A program made the translations under genes and the position numbers. From Scyliorhinus canicula (lineage: Eukaryota), in NCBI RefSeq assembly GCF_902713615.1, contig NC_052168.1:11532001-11596000 (forward strand): a stretch of 64,000 nucleotides of DNA, given 5' to 3'. Under the pieces are notes generated by a model, which ran no database searches, was not told where the DNA came from, and worked only from the letters and a program-made list of their open reading frames with translations. Positions 35,996 to 48,512 of this stretch are shown here, piece by piece. Position 1 is the first letter of the stretch; every line of letters starts with the position of its first letter.

Positions 35996-36343
35996 GGCAG
36001 CACGGTAGCATGGTGGTTAGCATAAATGCTTCACAGCTCCAGGGTCCCAGGTTCGATTCCCGGCTGGGTCACTGTCTGTGTGGAGTCTGCACGTCCTCCC
36101 CGTGTGTGCGTGAGTTTCCTCCGGGTCCTCCGGTTTCCTCCCACAGTCCAAAGATGTGCGGGTTAGGTGGATTGGCCATGCTAAATTGCCCGTAGTGTCC
36201 TAAAAAGTAAGGTTAAGTGGGGGGTTGTTGGGTTACGGGTATAGGGTGGATACGTGGGTTTGAGTAGGGTGACCATTGCTCGGCACAACATCGAGGGCCG
36301 AAGGGCCTGTTCTGTGCTGTACTGTTCTAAGTTCTAAGTTCTA
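35996..36343 (+). mobile_element. HE1/V-SINE-type SINE, full length
   Basis: Head, V-core, (GTTCTAA)n tail. Confidence 0.92.
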
Positions 36344-36420
36344 AGGTTTTGATGGCGTGGAAACAGATAGAACGGGCAGGATTTCAACTCACCCTCCCAC
36401 TCCCCAGCGGTGGATGTTTG

Positions 36421-36832
36421 TGTCATGAAATGCAGGCACACACACACACATAATGATATACAGACAATCAGCTAATGGACACAGAGAACAGGACATGACC
36501 AATAAGCAGGCAGGACACTCAGGGGTGGGATCGGACTATAAAAGACACGAGGCGCTCACACTCCGCTTCTTTCCACTGATGAACATCTAGAGAGTCAGTC
36601 GAGGGTGTTGTTTCAATCTCACACCTCCACCACGTGGCTAAGAGCTAGTCCGGTTCAGTCAGACAGAGTAACCACACTTAAGTTAGCAGAGAGTCAAACT
36701 CACAGAGAACTGTGCTAACGGTGCTATTAGTTCAATAAACCTGATTGAACTAACTTCAAGGTCTGGAGTATCTTTCTGATCTCGGCTGCATCCAATTGCG
36801 GCCAGTGTTAGACCAGTGTACTGAGCACGACA
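36421..36832 (+). mobile_element. Solo LTR inserted in a MITE-like element (~36373-36969)
   Basis: TGTCATG...ACGACA termini, TATAAAA and AATAAA, 5-bp TSD GTTTG. Confidence 0.9.
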
Positions 36833-37308
36833 GTTTGCTCGGCATTGGCCAGCAGAGGGATCTTGCGGCCCCGCCGATGTGAGGGGAGGAGGGTGGGGGA
36901 GGGGGGAGAGTGTCGCAATCGGCGGGACTAGAAAATACTGTCGGTGGGAAGGGACAGAAAATTCAGGCCATTGTGTAATCTCGCGGAGCCAGAACGTAAC
37001 GGGAGGCCTTCAATATACGGCAGTGACCAGGAAACCCACTCGAGAATTCAGAAGAACGCTCTCCGCCCAGAGAGTGGTGAGAATGTGGAACTCGCTACCG
37101 CAGGGAGCAGTGAAAGTTAATAATATGGATGTGTTTAAGGGGAAGTTAGGCAAGCCTGTGAGGGACGTGAGAATAGAGGGTTACGATGTTGGATTTGGGT
37201 GAGAAAGATGGGAGGAGACGTAAGTGGAGCATAAAAACTAGCATGAACCGATTGGGCCGAGTGGCCTGTCTCTGCTGTGGTTTCCTATGTAACCCCCTTA
37301 GAAACAGA

Positions 37309-37920
37309 GGCCTGGATTTTCTACTCCAGGCCTAAGTCCCGTGGCGGAGGATGGGGAATGAGAGTGTTATCTACCGCCGAGCATGATGGGAAATTGTTCT
37401 GAATCGCGAGATGTTGCTCTCATTAATTATGCAGCCAGGGGTTTCCTGAAGTTGTCCCTGCGACCCCGCCATCCTATCCGGGCGCCATTTTGTTCAAGGA
37501 CAGCGACTGCTTTATCGCGCCGTTATCAACGGACGGGGGCAAAGAACGCTGAACCCGAGTCGCGCCTTGGCCCAGATTCAGCGACGCGCCACCGGGGGTA
37601 CTGCTGAATGCGAAGGAGGGCGAGGAGGGATTGTCCTCTATCCGAGGGACGGAAGCAGGAGGCCCGCCCGCCACACCAACCCTGCATGGGAGGCCGTCGC
37701 CAGAGTGGTGAGAGCCAACTGCCTTCACCAGAGGGCAGCCCGGCAGTGCAGGAAAAGGATGAATGACCTCAATGGTGGTGCCAAGGCCTGGCCACCCCCA
37801 CACTCACTTCACTGAGTGGGAACTGGGACCCCAGTGGCAAGGCCACAAATTCAGAAAAAACGGCTCAACATGAGGCAGAGATGACTCATAGCCCCACTGC
37901 AGTCCATGTGCAGACCAGGG
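37309..37920 (+). mobile_element. Harbinger transposon fragment with a frameshifted Myb/SANT-like DNA-binding domain
   Basis: GGCCTGGATTTTC TIR-like start; PRFSDAPPGVLLNA / [46 protein letters not shown]. Confidence 0.75.
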
Positions 37921-37929
37921 ATGTACCTC

Positions 37930-38480
37930 TGAGGCTGTATAAGGCTCTGGTCAGACCCCATTTGGAGTATTGTGAGCAGTTTTGGGCCCTGTATCTAAGG
38001 AAGGATGTGCTGAGGCCTTGGAAAGGGCCCAGAGGAGGTTCACAAGAATGATCCCTGGAATAAAGAGCTTGTCGTATGAGGAACGGTTGAGAACCCTGGG
38101 TCTGTACTCGTTGGAGTTTAGAAGGATGAGGGGGGATCTTATTAAAACTTACAGGATACTGCGAGGCCTGGATAGAGTGGACGTGGAGTGGACGTTCAGT
38201 CTAAGGGACGATCCTTTAAGACTGAGATGAGGTAGGAATTTCTTCAGCCAGACGGTGGTGAATGTGTGGAACTCTTTACCGCAGAAGGCTGTGGAGGCCA
38301 AATCTTTGAGTGCCTTTAAGGCTGAGATAGATAGGTTCTTGATCAATAAGGGGATCAGGGGTTATGGGGAGAAGGCAGGAGAATGGGGATGAGAAAATAT
38401 CAGCCATGATTGAATGGCGGAGCAGACTCGATGGGCCGAGTGGCCTAATTCTGCTCCTATGTCTTATGGTCTTATGTAGT
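37930..38480 (+). mobile_element. CR1 LINE 3' end
   Basis: [48 protein letters not shown], 3' UTR hairpin and (TCTTATGG)-like tail. Confidence 0.92.
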
Positions 38481-38724
38481 TTGCAGGTAGAGAGGCGGCT
38501 GCGTGTCTCTGATTGTGCCAGACAGGGAGTTCATATTGTGTTGGGTGTGGGCATGTGCGGGGTAGTGGGGGCGGGGGGGATAAACGGGAGGTAAACGAGC
38601 ATGCCATTGAGATAGAAGATCAGCCACGATCACATTGAATGACGGAGCAGGCTCGAAGGGCCGAATGGCCTACTCTTGCTCCTAGTTTCCATATTTCGGC
38701 CTTGTCCTTCTACCTGCAGGAGCT

Positions 38725-39115
38725 CACTGCATTTATATAGAACCTTCCGGGAATTTAGGATGTTCCAAGTTGTTTTATGAAAGTGGAAGTACTTGTAATC
38801 TCGGAAACGTGATGGTTTATTTGTGCACAGGAAGCTCCCACAGGCAGAAATATAAACAGGACCGGAGGACCTGCTTTCAGTGACGCTGCCTGAGGGGTGA
38901 ATATCGGTTTGGACACCGGGGAAACACCCCTCCTCTTCTTGGAAATAGGGACCAGGGGATCCTTTACACACCAAGAGGGCAGGTGGGGCATCGGCCTAAC
39001 TTTGCTTCCGAAAGACAGCGCCTTCGGCAATGTGGCACTCCCTCAGCACAGCACTGAAGTGTTCATGTTGAAGTCAGTGGGTTACAGGCGGACCACTGGC
39101 CCCCGGCTCACAAAA
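38725..39115 (-). mobile_element. Old DeuSINE-type (SacSINE1/AmnSINE1-like) element
   Basis: Minus strand resembles the Deu domain (CTGAGGGAGTGC..CA..G.CG.AGG.GC.GTCTTTCGGA...) and ends in TATATAAATGCAG; recognised from memory of the consensus. Confidence 0.65.
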
Positions 39116-39169
39116 TCCAGGTGACTCAATTCAACGCCCCCCCCCCCCCCCCCCCCCCGCCCATGTACC

Positions 39170-39470
39170 GGGCGGCACAGTGGTTAGCACTGCTGCTTCA
39201 CAGCTCCAGGGTCCCAGGTTCGACTCCCGGCTTGGTTCACTGTCTGTGCGGAGTCTGCACGGTCTCCCCGTGTCTGCGTGGGTTTCCTCCGGGTGCTCCG
39301 GTTTCCTCCCACAAGTCCCGAAAGACGTGCTTGTTAGGTGATTTGAACATCCTAAATTCTCCCTCTGCGTACCCGAAGGGAATGTGGTGACGAGGGGCTT
39401 TTCACAGTAACTTCATTGCAGTGTTAATGTGAGCCTACTTGTGACACTAATAAAGATTATGATTATTATT
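39170..39470 (+). mobile_element. HE1-head SINE with the alternative TTTTCACAGTAACTTCATTG...(ATT)n tail; also at 27362-27640(-) and 53183-53880(+)
   Basis: V-core is followed by the tail used by the short SINE family. Confidence 0.85.
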
Positions 39471-40245
39471 TCCTACTCTCCTTTGGGCCTGGGCGCGGGG
39501 AAAGTGTTGTTCTTTGTGCTGGGCGGGTGCAGAGATTCCCAAAATGAAGCAACAAGAGCTGCTGTGGCAACTTAAACCTTCTGTTAATAAATAGAAGCGA
39601 GTTTCCACCTCCTATGTTGCTTGAAACATCTAAACCACCCACTGTCTGATGGCTCTCAACCTCCTGCTCCGACAGGTTGTGAGCAGTTGTTTTGATATTT
39701 GTCATGATTCTATCGATCAAATCTCCCTCATCATCAGAAACCTTGTTCCTGTGCAAATAGAGGAGGACGTGTTAACATACCTGGTAAATACAAGTAATGC
39801 AGGTAGTGTCATATCCGTTGACAGGACTCTCCACAGGATGGTTGCAGTTGCCTCTACGATCTAGATGTCTGCGTTGTAACTTGTGCGAAAGATGGTGGTA
39901 AGATCCCTTTAAGAAGGGACTTCTGAATGGAGGCACACGAAAGAGCGGACTCGACGGGCCGAATGGCGTACTTCTGTTCCCAGGTCTTATGGGCCACCAA
40001 CTGGAGCGGGGAAAGCCGACTGGGTGAAAAATGCCCACATAGCATTCGTCGGGAATCAGCTTGTTTACAGAGAAACTTCAAACCCGCACGTTTAAAAATA
40101 TCACAAAGAGTCCAGAGGTTGGGATTGGGCGGCAGGCTGTCCCCCACTGTGCTTAAACACTGCACCCCAACAAAAATCTCTAATGTTTCTCTCACATGAT
40201 GGACTGGGGTGGGCCCAGTAAGAAGTCCAACAGGTTGGTTTGGAA

Positions 40246-40282
40246 TCACGAGCTTTCGGAGCGCTGCTTCTTCCTCAGGTGA
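40246..40282 (-). ncRNA. Minimal type-I hammerhead ribozyme motif (Penelope-associated)
   Basis: UCAC-CUGAGGA-A-GAAGC-AGC-GCUCC-GAAA-GC-UC-GUGA. Confidence 0.65.
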
Positions 40283-40322
40283 GTGAAGAGGTGGGTGACA
40301 CAAACATAGCTGTCCTCTCCAC

Positions 40323-40352
40323 TCGCCTGATGAAGGAGCCGAAAGCTCGTGA
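40323..40352 (+). ncRNA. Minimal hammerhead motif with truncated stem II
   Basis: UCGC-CUGAUGA-AGGAGCC-GAAA-GC-UC-GUGA. Confidence 0.5.
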
Positions 40353-40610
40353 TTCCAAATCAACTTGTTGGACTTTAACTCGGTGTAAGACTTCTCACTG
40401 TCTCTCTCTCTCTCTCACGCACGCACACAGATACACTCAAACATGTGCAGGCATGTTTTCTAACACACTCATTCACACTCTCGTGCAAGGCTGGATTATC
40501 ACTACCGAGGCAGGCACCTCGAGTTGGGAGATTTCCTGATTTGGCACATTTTCACTCTGGGGGCGCAGAATAGAGTTCGACCCACTGACCCCCAAGCAGA
40601 TTGTACCACA

Positions 40611-40897
40611 TGATGAGCCATCAATAGCACGAGAGACGAGTTGCTATACAAAAGTTAGGCTTTAATAAGCTAGAACTTAGCCCTGCGGTTGTCTACAATA
40701 AAATGGACGACCGCCGGGCGTTCCGACTATTTATACCTCGGTATGGAGGCGTGGTTAACTCAGCCTCTCGACCAATCGGAGAGCTGTCACATGACTGGTC
40801 TCAACCAATCGGTCGAGAGGCACATGACCGACCAGGGCCAAAGGTAAGCCGGTGTTCTGCACCAATGGCAGACAGCTATGCAAATCATATCACCACA
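40611..40897 (-). mobile_element. Solo LTR
   Basis: Minus strand TGTGGTG...CTCATCA with TATAAA and ATTAAA; termini resemble 49493-49756; flanks CCACA/CCTCA. Confidence 0.8.
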
Positions 40898-43800
40898 CCT
40901 CAGCCACAGAGGAGGGCGAGTGTTGAGAAGGCCCGTCTTAGTTATTTTGGGACTTCTTCCCGGCCGTTTTAGGAGCTTTAGCCCTCATCCCTCACATGCC
41001 CCCCCCTCACTCTCCACCTACTCCAATGCCCTCCTTGTCCCCATGCCATCACCAAGCCAACTCATGCTCCCTCGCCATCCCCATGCCCCTTCGTACCCCT
41101 GTGGCAGCTTCATGACAAACACACTTCTATTCAGCTGTCACATCACATGCAGATAATCCTTTCATAGCCTTTTAAACTGTCACTCAAACTGTGAACTCAG
41201 AATCACCAACTGAGATTATTGTAGTTTTTGAAACTCAGCCAATTATTCGTGATGACGTAATAACAACTCCCAGGAAATGTCAACAAAGAACTTTATTGAA
41301 ACTGGAACGGGTGGTCATGTTCTTTGCTTATCCATACCAGATGGCCTGTCAATCAGTGTAGTCCAGCAAATTGTGTTTTCTTTTGTTTTTTTTTAAATTT
41401 AGATTACCCAATTATTTTTTCAATTAAGGGGCAATTTAGCGTGGCCAATCCACCTACTCTGCACATCTTTGGGTTGTGGGGGCGAAACCCACGCAGACAC
41501 GGGGAGAATGTGCAAACTCCACACGGACAGTGACCCAGAGCCGGGATCGAACCTGGGGCCTCAGCGCCGTGAGGCAGTTGTGCTAACCACTAGGCCACCA
41601 TGCTGCCCTTGTTTTCTTTTGTGTTATTGATAGCTTAAGCCTATTTTTTTTTAGTTTAAAGAGCAGGGGATTTAAAAGACTTCAGACCATGATTTTTAAA
41701 CAGACTTTATCCGCACTTCAAGAGCAATACATCTACTCCATCAATCTGTGACTCCAAAGCTGCAGGTTAAGGCCCTTGGAATAGCTAAAATGAGGCCTGT
41801 TCAAGCTTAGTACTAGCGGCTGGATTTTGGGGAATTCTGGAAAACTGCAGGCATCTAAAAATGGTGAACGGGACCCAGCTGCGGAAGTCCCACTCCAGTT
41901 CTGACTGATCGAACTTTTGCTGGCCAACGGGAATGAGGTGGGCCATGATTCACGCAGATGGGAGATAGAGATAGCAGTGAATTTAGTGCATAGCAGGATC
42001 CCACAAACGGTTCCAATCCCCCAGGCCTTGTCCTGCTGAGACCTGATCAGTGGCCACTCACCTTGGACATTTCCAGATGACTCACTCCTGTCTCCCCCCA
42101 CCCTCACCCCCCAGCTACAACTAGCTATAGGGAGACAGAGGCAGAAACAGAGTCAGGGAACAAAAAACGGAGAGAAGAGAGAATTAAAGAAAAGAGAGAA
42201 GGAGGGAGAGAGAGGAAGGCTTATACTGGAGAGTGAGCATGAACAGTAACCAAGATAGGGACCAGGAACTGAAGGGCAAAGGCAGGAGAATTCAATTAAA
42301 CAACTATGATAATGCTGGAAAAAAAATACATTTTCTGTCAAAGTTTTTAATTTTGGACTCATCAGGTGCCCAACAGCACTCTCTCGTATATGGTGCAAAT
42401 TTGTTGTCTCCTTTGGATTGGTATTCTTCCAAAATGCCCTGATAAGTGCAAGATGAGAAGCTTCGACCAATTATGCCCCTTTTTCCAGCAATATTCAAGT
42501 TTGTACCACCAAATGTGACGTTGCAAAATAAGAGCCAATCTTTCCATTGACCTCTTTGAGTGTTGACGTTTTTTTAAACAAATATCACAACTTGAATCAT
42601 GAGTGCAATACAGCCCCGCCCGTACCTTATCCTGCAACTCAATTTGTATCCTGCATAAAATGGGAAACAGAATTGTGCGAGAATGCTTCGCTAATAATAG
42701 GCACTATTTGGGGGAAATTGAAGCAGGCAAGGGTCCGTGCGATGATGAAGATAGAGGTAGCTTCTTGAAGATGTTGGATGTACTCGCAGCAAGAAAACTC
42801 AAGCGTGTTAAAAAGGGAAAGGTCATGAGATGCTCCATTCTGTCCACTTTCCTGTCTGCCTCAGTAACCTGGACCACAAGTATAAATGTGTGGAGGGAAA
42901 TGGGGGACGCTAAGACGCGTGCTAAAAATCCCAAAGGCAGACCATAAAACCCAACCACAGAATTGTCACAGCACAGAAGGAGGCCATTCAGCCCATCGTG
43001 TTGGCATCATGGTTTACCGCCACTCCCCTGCCTCCCCCCCCAATCCCCTCACCGCGCCCCTGCATGTTGTTGCCATTCACATAATCATCGAATGCCCTCC
43101 TGAACGCCTCGATTGAACCTGCCTCCCCCACACGTCCAGTAGCCCATTCCAAGATGCACAAGAATGATGTTGGGAGCTGGGCTACTGTCTATGAGAATCA
43201 TGTGGGAGGGAGGGAGGAAGGGAGGGAGTGGGCCTTCAGTCAGCCCACCTCCGAACCCGCAGTCCTCTGCATTGCATCATGGTCCGCCCCCCCCCCACCC
43301 CCTTGGCGCCCACCATGGTAGGCATGCAGCTCGGAGGCCAGTTGCCATTTTGGAAGTCGCAGAAAGTCTCGCCTCATGTATCTCCATCCCGATATGAAAA
43401 TCCTGCTTTCAACCAGACATCTCCATCATTCAATGATTTAATGTTTATCCTGGGCCCAGATTTAGAAAGTTCCCCTGTGCATCATTCAACTTCCTCTTAT
43501 CTGCAGCCTCTTCTCAGCCACATCGTGCGGTGACGAGTTCCACATTCCCACCAGACTCCGGGTCAGAGAGGCTCCTCCTGAATTCCCTAATGAGTCATCT
43601 CCTATTTATGGCCCCTGGTTGTGCTGAAGTGAAAACGACTTGTCCGTTCGTCCGCTGTCGAAACCCTTTCATAATCTTAAAGCCTGATCTCGCTCCCACT
43701 CCACCATCTTCCTTATTCGAGGTAAAGGATTCCCAGCTCCTTCCTTTTTCCTGGAAAATAACTCATTCCCACTGTTTGATCAGAGCAGCAAGGGTTAAGA

Positions 43801-44859
43801 TCACAGACCCAATCCTTATGCCCCCTCCCCACCACACGGAGTGGACTGGGAGGCCCTTGCTGGTGGGTGGGTGAGTGGGGGGGTGGGGGGAGCTAAAGTT
43901 AGGTGGATGACAAAGGCCTGTCACCCATGTTAGCATTTTACCAGTGTTGGGCAGCCCTTGGCTCAATTGAGCTGCTTAAGTGCAAAAATGAATGGCCTCT
44001 TTCCGCCACCACCTGGTATTTTACCAGCGGGGGGAATGCCCACGCCACCCACCAGATTTGCAAAGTACACCCTGATGCCCAGCCTCCTGGCGCGGTTAGG
44101 GTGGCCCCTGTCTGTTCTTGCAACCCCCCTCCCCCCAACCTCCACCTCTTCCAGGGCAGCCCCCTCCGCTTGATAACCCCCATTCCCCAACCCACCCCAC
44201 CCTCCCCTTCTCCATCAGAGAGGGCTACCCCCACCCATCCCGCTCTCCGTCCCCACCCCCCATCACTCGGGCTAATAGATCTGAGCCATGCAAAAACAGT
44301 GCAGATTCCTAAAGCTGGCGGAGGTGGGTTCACCAGCGCCCCCCCCCAAGCCAAATTTCCCCAGATGTCTGCGACCAGCACATCCACACAGAATTGTAGA
44401 GTAGCCACAGACAAAGGCTGTTTAGACCATTGTGCTCTTGTGATGAATGTGGAAATCGTTTTATATTATATTTCATATTTGTAGCAGTAATGCTATTCAA
44501 CAAAATCCCTGGTTTAAAATATATACAGACAGTAGACCTATTAAATATGTAATTAAGGAGTCATAAAAGGCGAGTTAATTATTGATTTTAACCATTTACT
44601 TGTTCACAGAGGAATGGCTAATGGGATATTGTTTTGATTGCTGGAGGTTCCCTGGCGAGTAGATTATTTATTTATTTATTTATTTATTTTTTTAGAGTAC
44701 CCAATTCATTTTTTCCAATTAAGGGGCAATTTAGCGTGGCCAATCCACCTACCCTGCACGTCTTTTTGGGCTTTGGGGGCGAAACCCACACAAACACGGG
44801 GAGAATGTGCAAACTCTACACAGCCAGTGACCCAGGGCCGGGATTGAAACTTGGACCTA

Positions 44860-45428
44860 GGTAGTAGATAGTTTATGAGAGATCGTATTTAATCCTAGTC
44901 TATGCAGGCGATGGGACATCTTCATGGGATACAGATGATCTAATTAATGGGAGGAGCCAAGTCTGTCAGTAATTTTCAGTTTTGCCAAAAGCTGTAAGGT
45001 TGAACACAAGAGTCTGACAAGAGATGGATATTCAAGTTGTTCCTGAAAGGGTCTCTCTCGCCAAAGTTCTGCACAGATAAGCAAGTAAACCTGGTTTGTT
45101 AACTTTATTTATAAGTGGCATTTGAACTGTATTGGGTTCTTGAATGAGGATATGTAAATAGGGCGTTAAAGTTTTGCCTTTTATTTAAGTTTAACTTATA
45201 AATATACAGCTATTCTTTGATGTTAATGTGGTTAATTCTGTGATTAAATTAAAGTTTGTTTTAACATAAAAGATACCTATTGGTCAGGGGCATCAGTCCT
45301 GGGGTGAAGTGTCCTATCCTCACTATTTTATAAATAGAAAAATTGTTTGGAGTTCTCATCCGGTATTCTAACAAAGATTGGGATCTGGTCCGATATCCTA
45401 ACAAAAGTTGGGATTCAGTCCGGTATCC
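44860..45428 (+). mobile_element. LTR-like element (same family as 27000-29206)
   Basis: ATTAAA followed by a terminal region homologous to the reverse complement of 27000-27120; left boundary approximate. Confidence 0.5.
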
Positions 45429-45846
45429 TTTTTTAAAAATAATTTAGAGTACCCAATTCACCTTTTCCAATTAAAGGGCAATTTAGCGTGGCCAATCCAC
45501 CTACCCTGCACATCTTTCGGTTGTGGGGGGGGGTGAAACCCACGCAAACACGGGGAGAATGTGCAAACTCCACACGGACAGTGACCCAGAGCTGGGATCG
45601 AACCTGGGACCTCGGTGCCGTGAGGCCGCGGTGCTAACCCACTGCGCCAGTCCGGTATCCTAACAAGAGTTGGGATCTGGTCTGGAATCCGAACAAGAGT
45701 TGGGATCTGGTCTGGTATCCGAACAAGAGTTGGGATCTGGTCTGGTATCCGAACAAGAGTTGGGATCTGCTCTGGTAGCCTAACGAAGGTTGGGGGAATG
45801 GTCCAGTATCCGAACAAATGTTGGAACCTGGTCCGGTATCCTAACC
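45359..45846 (+). repeat. 30-bp tandem repeat (~9 copies) interrupted by a SINE (45430-45647)
   Basis: Unit TCCGGTATCCTAACAAGAGTTGGGATCTGG; SINE TSD CAGTCCGGTATCCT at 45416 and 45648. Confidence 0.9.
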
Positions 45847-46759
45847 ACATTATGGGGGCGGCCGGGACCCCAACAGTTCCTGTCAGCTCTGTGCGAGAGC
45901 TAGTCCCACTCCCCAATGCTAATTCCCTGTTACCCAATTGTTCTCTCCCTCTTTACTCACTGCTCGTTCGGAAACTGGGGTTGCCAACCCCCACCCCTCA
46001 GGCAGTGCATTCCAGATCCTCGAGTTCTGCTTGGAACCTGGAACACCTTGATGCGCAGGATGGTAAATGACAAACATCGCAGTTTATTCCGCCTGTCAGT
46101 ACGACCTCAGAACCCACAAGTGACGTGGGAGTTTGCATCTATTTTAAAATGGCTTTTGATTCCTGATCTGCCAGATAATATGGAACAAGCGGCGGCCTCT
46201 TTCTGTGCCGCAAGGAATCTTTGACTCCGTACAAACACAGCCGGCCGCTCAGCATCCGCGGGGACCAGCGTTACGTCAGGTTGCTTTGATCTTTCCCGAC
46301 TGACTGACTTTGCAAAATGTGATGTTTTTATGCCTGGTCCGTAAGGTAACATAGTATCACTTTGCAGAAGTTACTCCCACATAGTCGGCCTGGTATCAGC
46401 AAACCCTGCAAAGCGCTTTCCTCTCTCTGGTCTGTTGATATCATGGAACGATGCAGCACCGATTGAGGCCATTCAGTCCATCTCGCATGTGCCACCCCTT
46501 TGAAAGAGCAATCTGATTAACCCCCTCCTACAGGACTGCCAAATCTTCCTTTTCATGCAGTCACCAGCCCTCCTTTTGAAAGTTACCGTCGTGACTCTGC
46601 GACCTCCCCCCCCCCCCCCCCCCACCGTCTTAGAGAGCTACCAGCCAATCCGATCGGCCAACCGCTCTGTAGTCTCAGCAGCGCCACCTGAAGCCACATC
46701 CGGGACTCCAGTCCCCAGTGCTCAGGAGGCTGGACTGACAGGAACTCCAAGCGTTAGGG

Positions 46760-47200
46760 TTCACGGGGAGTGGGATTGTTCTCGCTGGAGTTCAGAAGAA
46801 TGAGGGGGTGACCTCATAGAGACTTATAAAATTCTAACAGGACCAGACAGGGTAGATGCAGGGAAGATGTTCCCGATGGTGGGTGTGTCCAGAACCAGGG
46901 GTCACAGTCTGAGGATTCAGGGTAACCCATTTCGGACAGAGATAAGGAGACATTTCTTCACACACAGTGGTGAGGCTGTGGAATTCATTGCCACAGGAAG
47001 TAGTTGATGCTAAAACATTGAATATATTCAAGAGGCGGCTGGATATAGCCCTTGGGGAGAATGGGATCAAAGGCTATGGGGAGAAAGCAGGATTAGGCTA
47101 TTGAGTTGGATGATGAGACATGATCGTGATGAATGGCGGAGCAGGCTCGAAGGGCCAAAAGGCCTCCTCCTGCCCCTATCTTCTATGTATCTCTGTGTCT
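46760..47200 (+). mobile_element. CR1 LINE 3' end
   Basis: GLFSLEFRRMRGDLIETYKILTG and CR1 3' UTR. Confidence 0.88.
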
Positions 47201-47386
47201 ATGAGTGGGGCTGAGGGGGTGAGTGCAGTTTGGGGGGGCAGGTTCAAGAGGCCAGAGGGGAGGGTTAAAGGGGAGGGTCAAAGGGGGTGGGGGTAAGACT
47301 GGCTTGGATGAAGAAGGCGGCATGCCTATCACCACCTCTGTCAGTATTTCACCAGTAGTGCGTAGTTGTCAGTCATCCTGCTTATG

Positions 47387-47720
47387 GGCAGCACGGTAGC
47401 ATGGTGGTTAGCACAATTGCTTCACAGATCCAGGGTCCCAGGTTCGATTCCGGCTTGGGTCACTGTCTGTGTGGAGTCTGCACATCCTCCCCGTGTGTGC
47501 GTGGGTTTCCTCCGGGTGCTCCGGTTTCCTCCCACAGTCCAAAGATGTGCGGGTTAGGTGGATTGGACATGATAAATTGCCCTTAGTGTCCAAAATTGCC
47601 CTTAGAGTTGGGTTATGGGGATAAGGTGGAGGTGTTGACCTTGGGTAGGGTGCTCTTTCCAAGAGCCGGTGCAGACTCGATGGGCCGAATGGCCTCCTTC
47701 TGCACTGTAAATTCTATGAT
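47387..47720 (+). mobile_element. HE1/V-SINE-type SINE
   Basis: Full head, core and tail. Confidence 0.92.
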
Positions 47721-48179
47721 TATCGTTTGGTCAATAGAGGCTCTTAAGTGGTCAATTAATGGCCTCCTTCTGTGCCTTCACACTTCTGTAATTGATTCTG
47801 TCCTGAACTGTATTACTGACCTGGTAACTCCCCCACTCACTCTCCAACCCCTTGCCTGCCCCCTTGCCCCAAAATGTTCCCTCCTACCCCCAAGCCCCTT
47901 TCATGCCTCTTCATACTCACCATGTCCCTCCATGTCCCCATGCATCCTCTATAGCAACTCATCCAGTATGCACTACGGGAAAATATCAGAATATCTTTGA
48001 AATTCACATTAGAAAAGTGAAGTTCTAATAGTCGAATCGAGCTGTCATTCAAACGCAACATCACACTGTAAAAAAATCTCTTTCATGACAGCCATTCGAA
48101 GGAAATGAAATCCTCTCAAGTGATCAATCTGCTGTAAAAATCAATGCCTGTTCATTATTGTGTCAAAAATATTGTGTCG

Positions 48180-48512
48180 GGGCAGCACGGTAGCATGGTG
48201 GTTAGTATAAATGCTTCACAGCTCCAGGGTCCCAGGTTCGATTCCCGGCTGGGTCACTGTCTGTGCGGAGTCTGCACGTCCTCCCCGTGTGTGCGTGGGT
48301 TTCCTCCGGGTACTCCGGTTTCCTCCCACAGTCCAAAGATGTGCGGGTTAGGTGGATTGGCCAGGCTAAATTGCCCTTAGTGTCCTAATAAATAAGGTTA
48401 ATGGGGGTTGTTGGGTTATGGGTATAGGGTGGATACGTGGGCTTGAGTAGGGTGATCATTGCTCGGCACAACATTGAGGGCCGAAGGGCCTGTTCTGTGC
48501 TGGACTGTTCTA
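48180..48512 (+). mobile_element. HE1/V-SINE-type SINE
   Basis: Full head, core and tail. Confidence 0.92.

Larger units (their letters stand above)
40215..40400. mobile_element. Inverted pair of Penelope-like element termini
   Basis: Arms AAGTCCAACAGGTTGGTTTGGAATCACGAGCTTTCGG and CCGAAAGCTCGTGATTCCAAATCAACTTGTTGGACTT are near-perfect reverse complements. Confidence 0.75.

Noticed and set aside
39466-39925. Minus-strand ORF DDEGDLIDRIMTNIK... with nearby splice-like signals
   Set aside because: I recognise no family, and the implied intron (~32 nt) is too short. It needs BLASTx or RNA-seq before any call.
45359-45846. CRISPR-like 30-bp repeats
   Set aside because: The units are directly adjacent with no unique spacers, the context is eukaryotic, and there are no cas genes.
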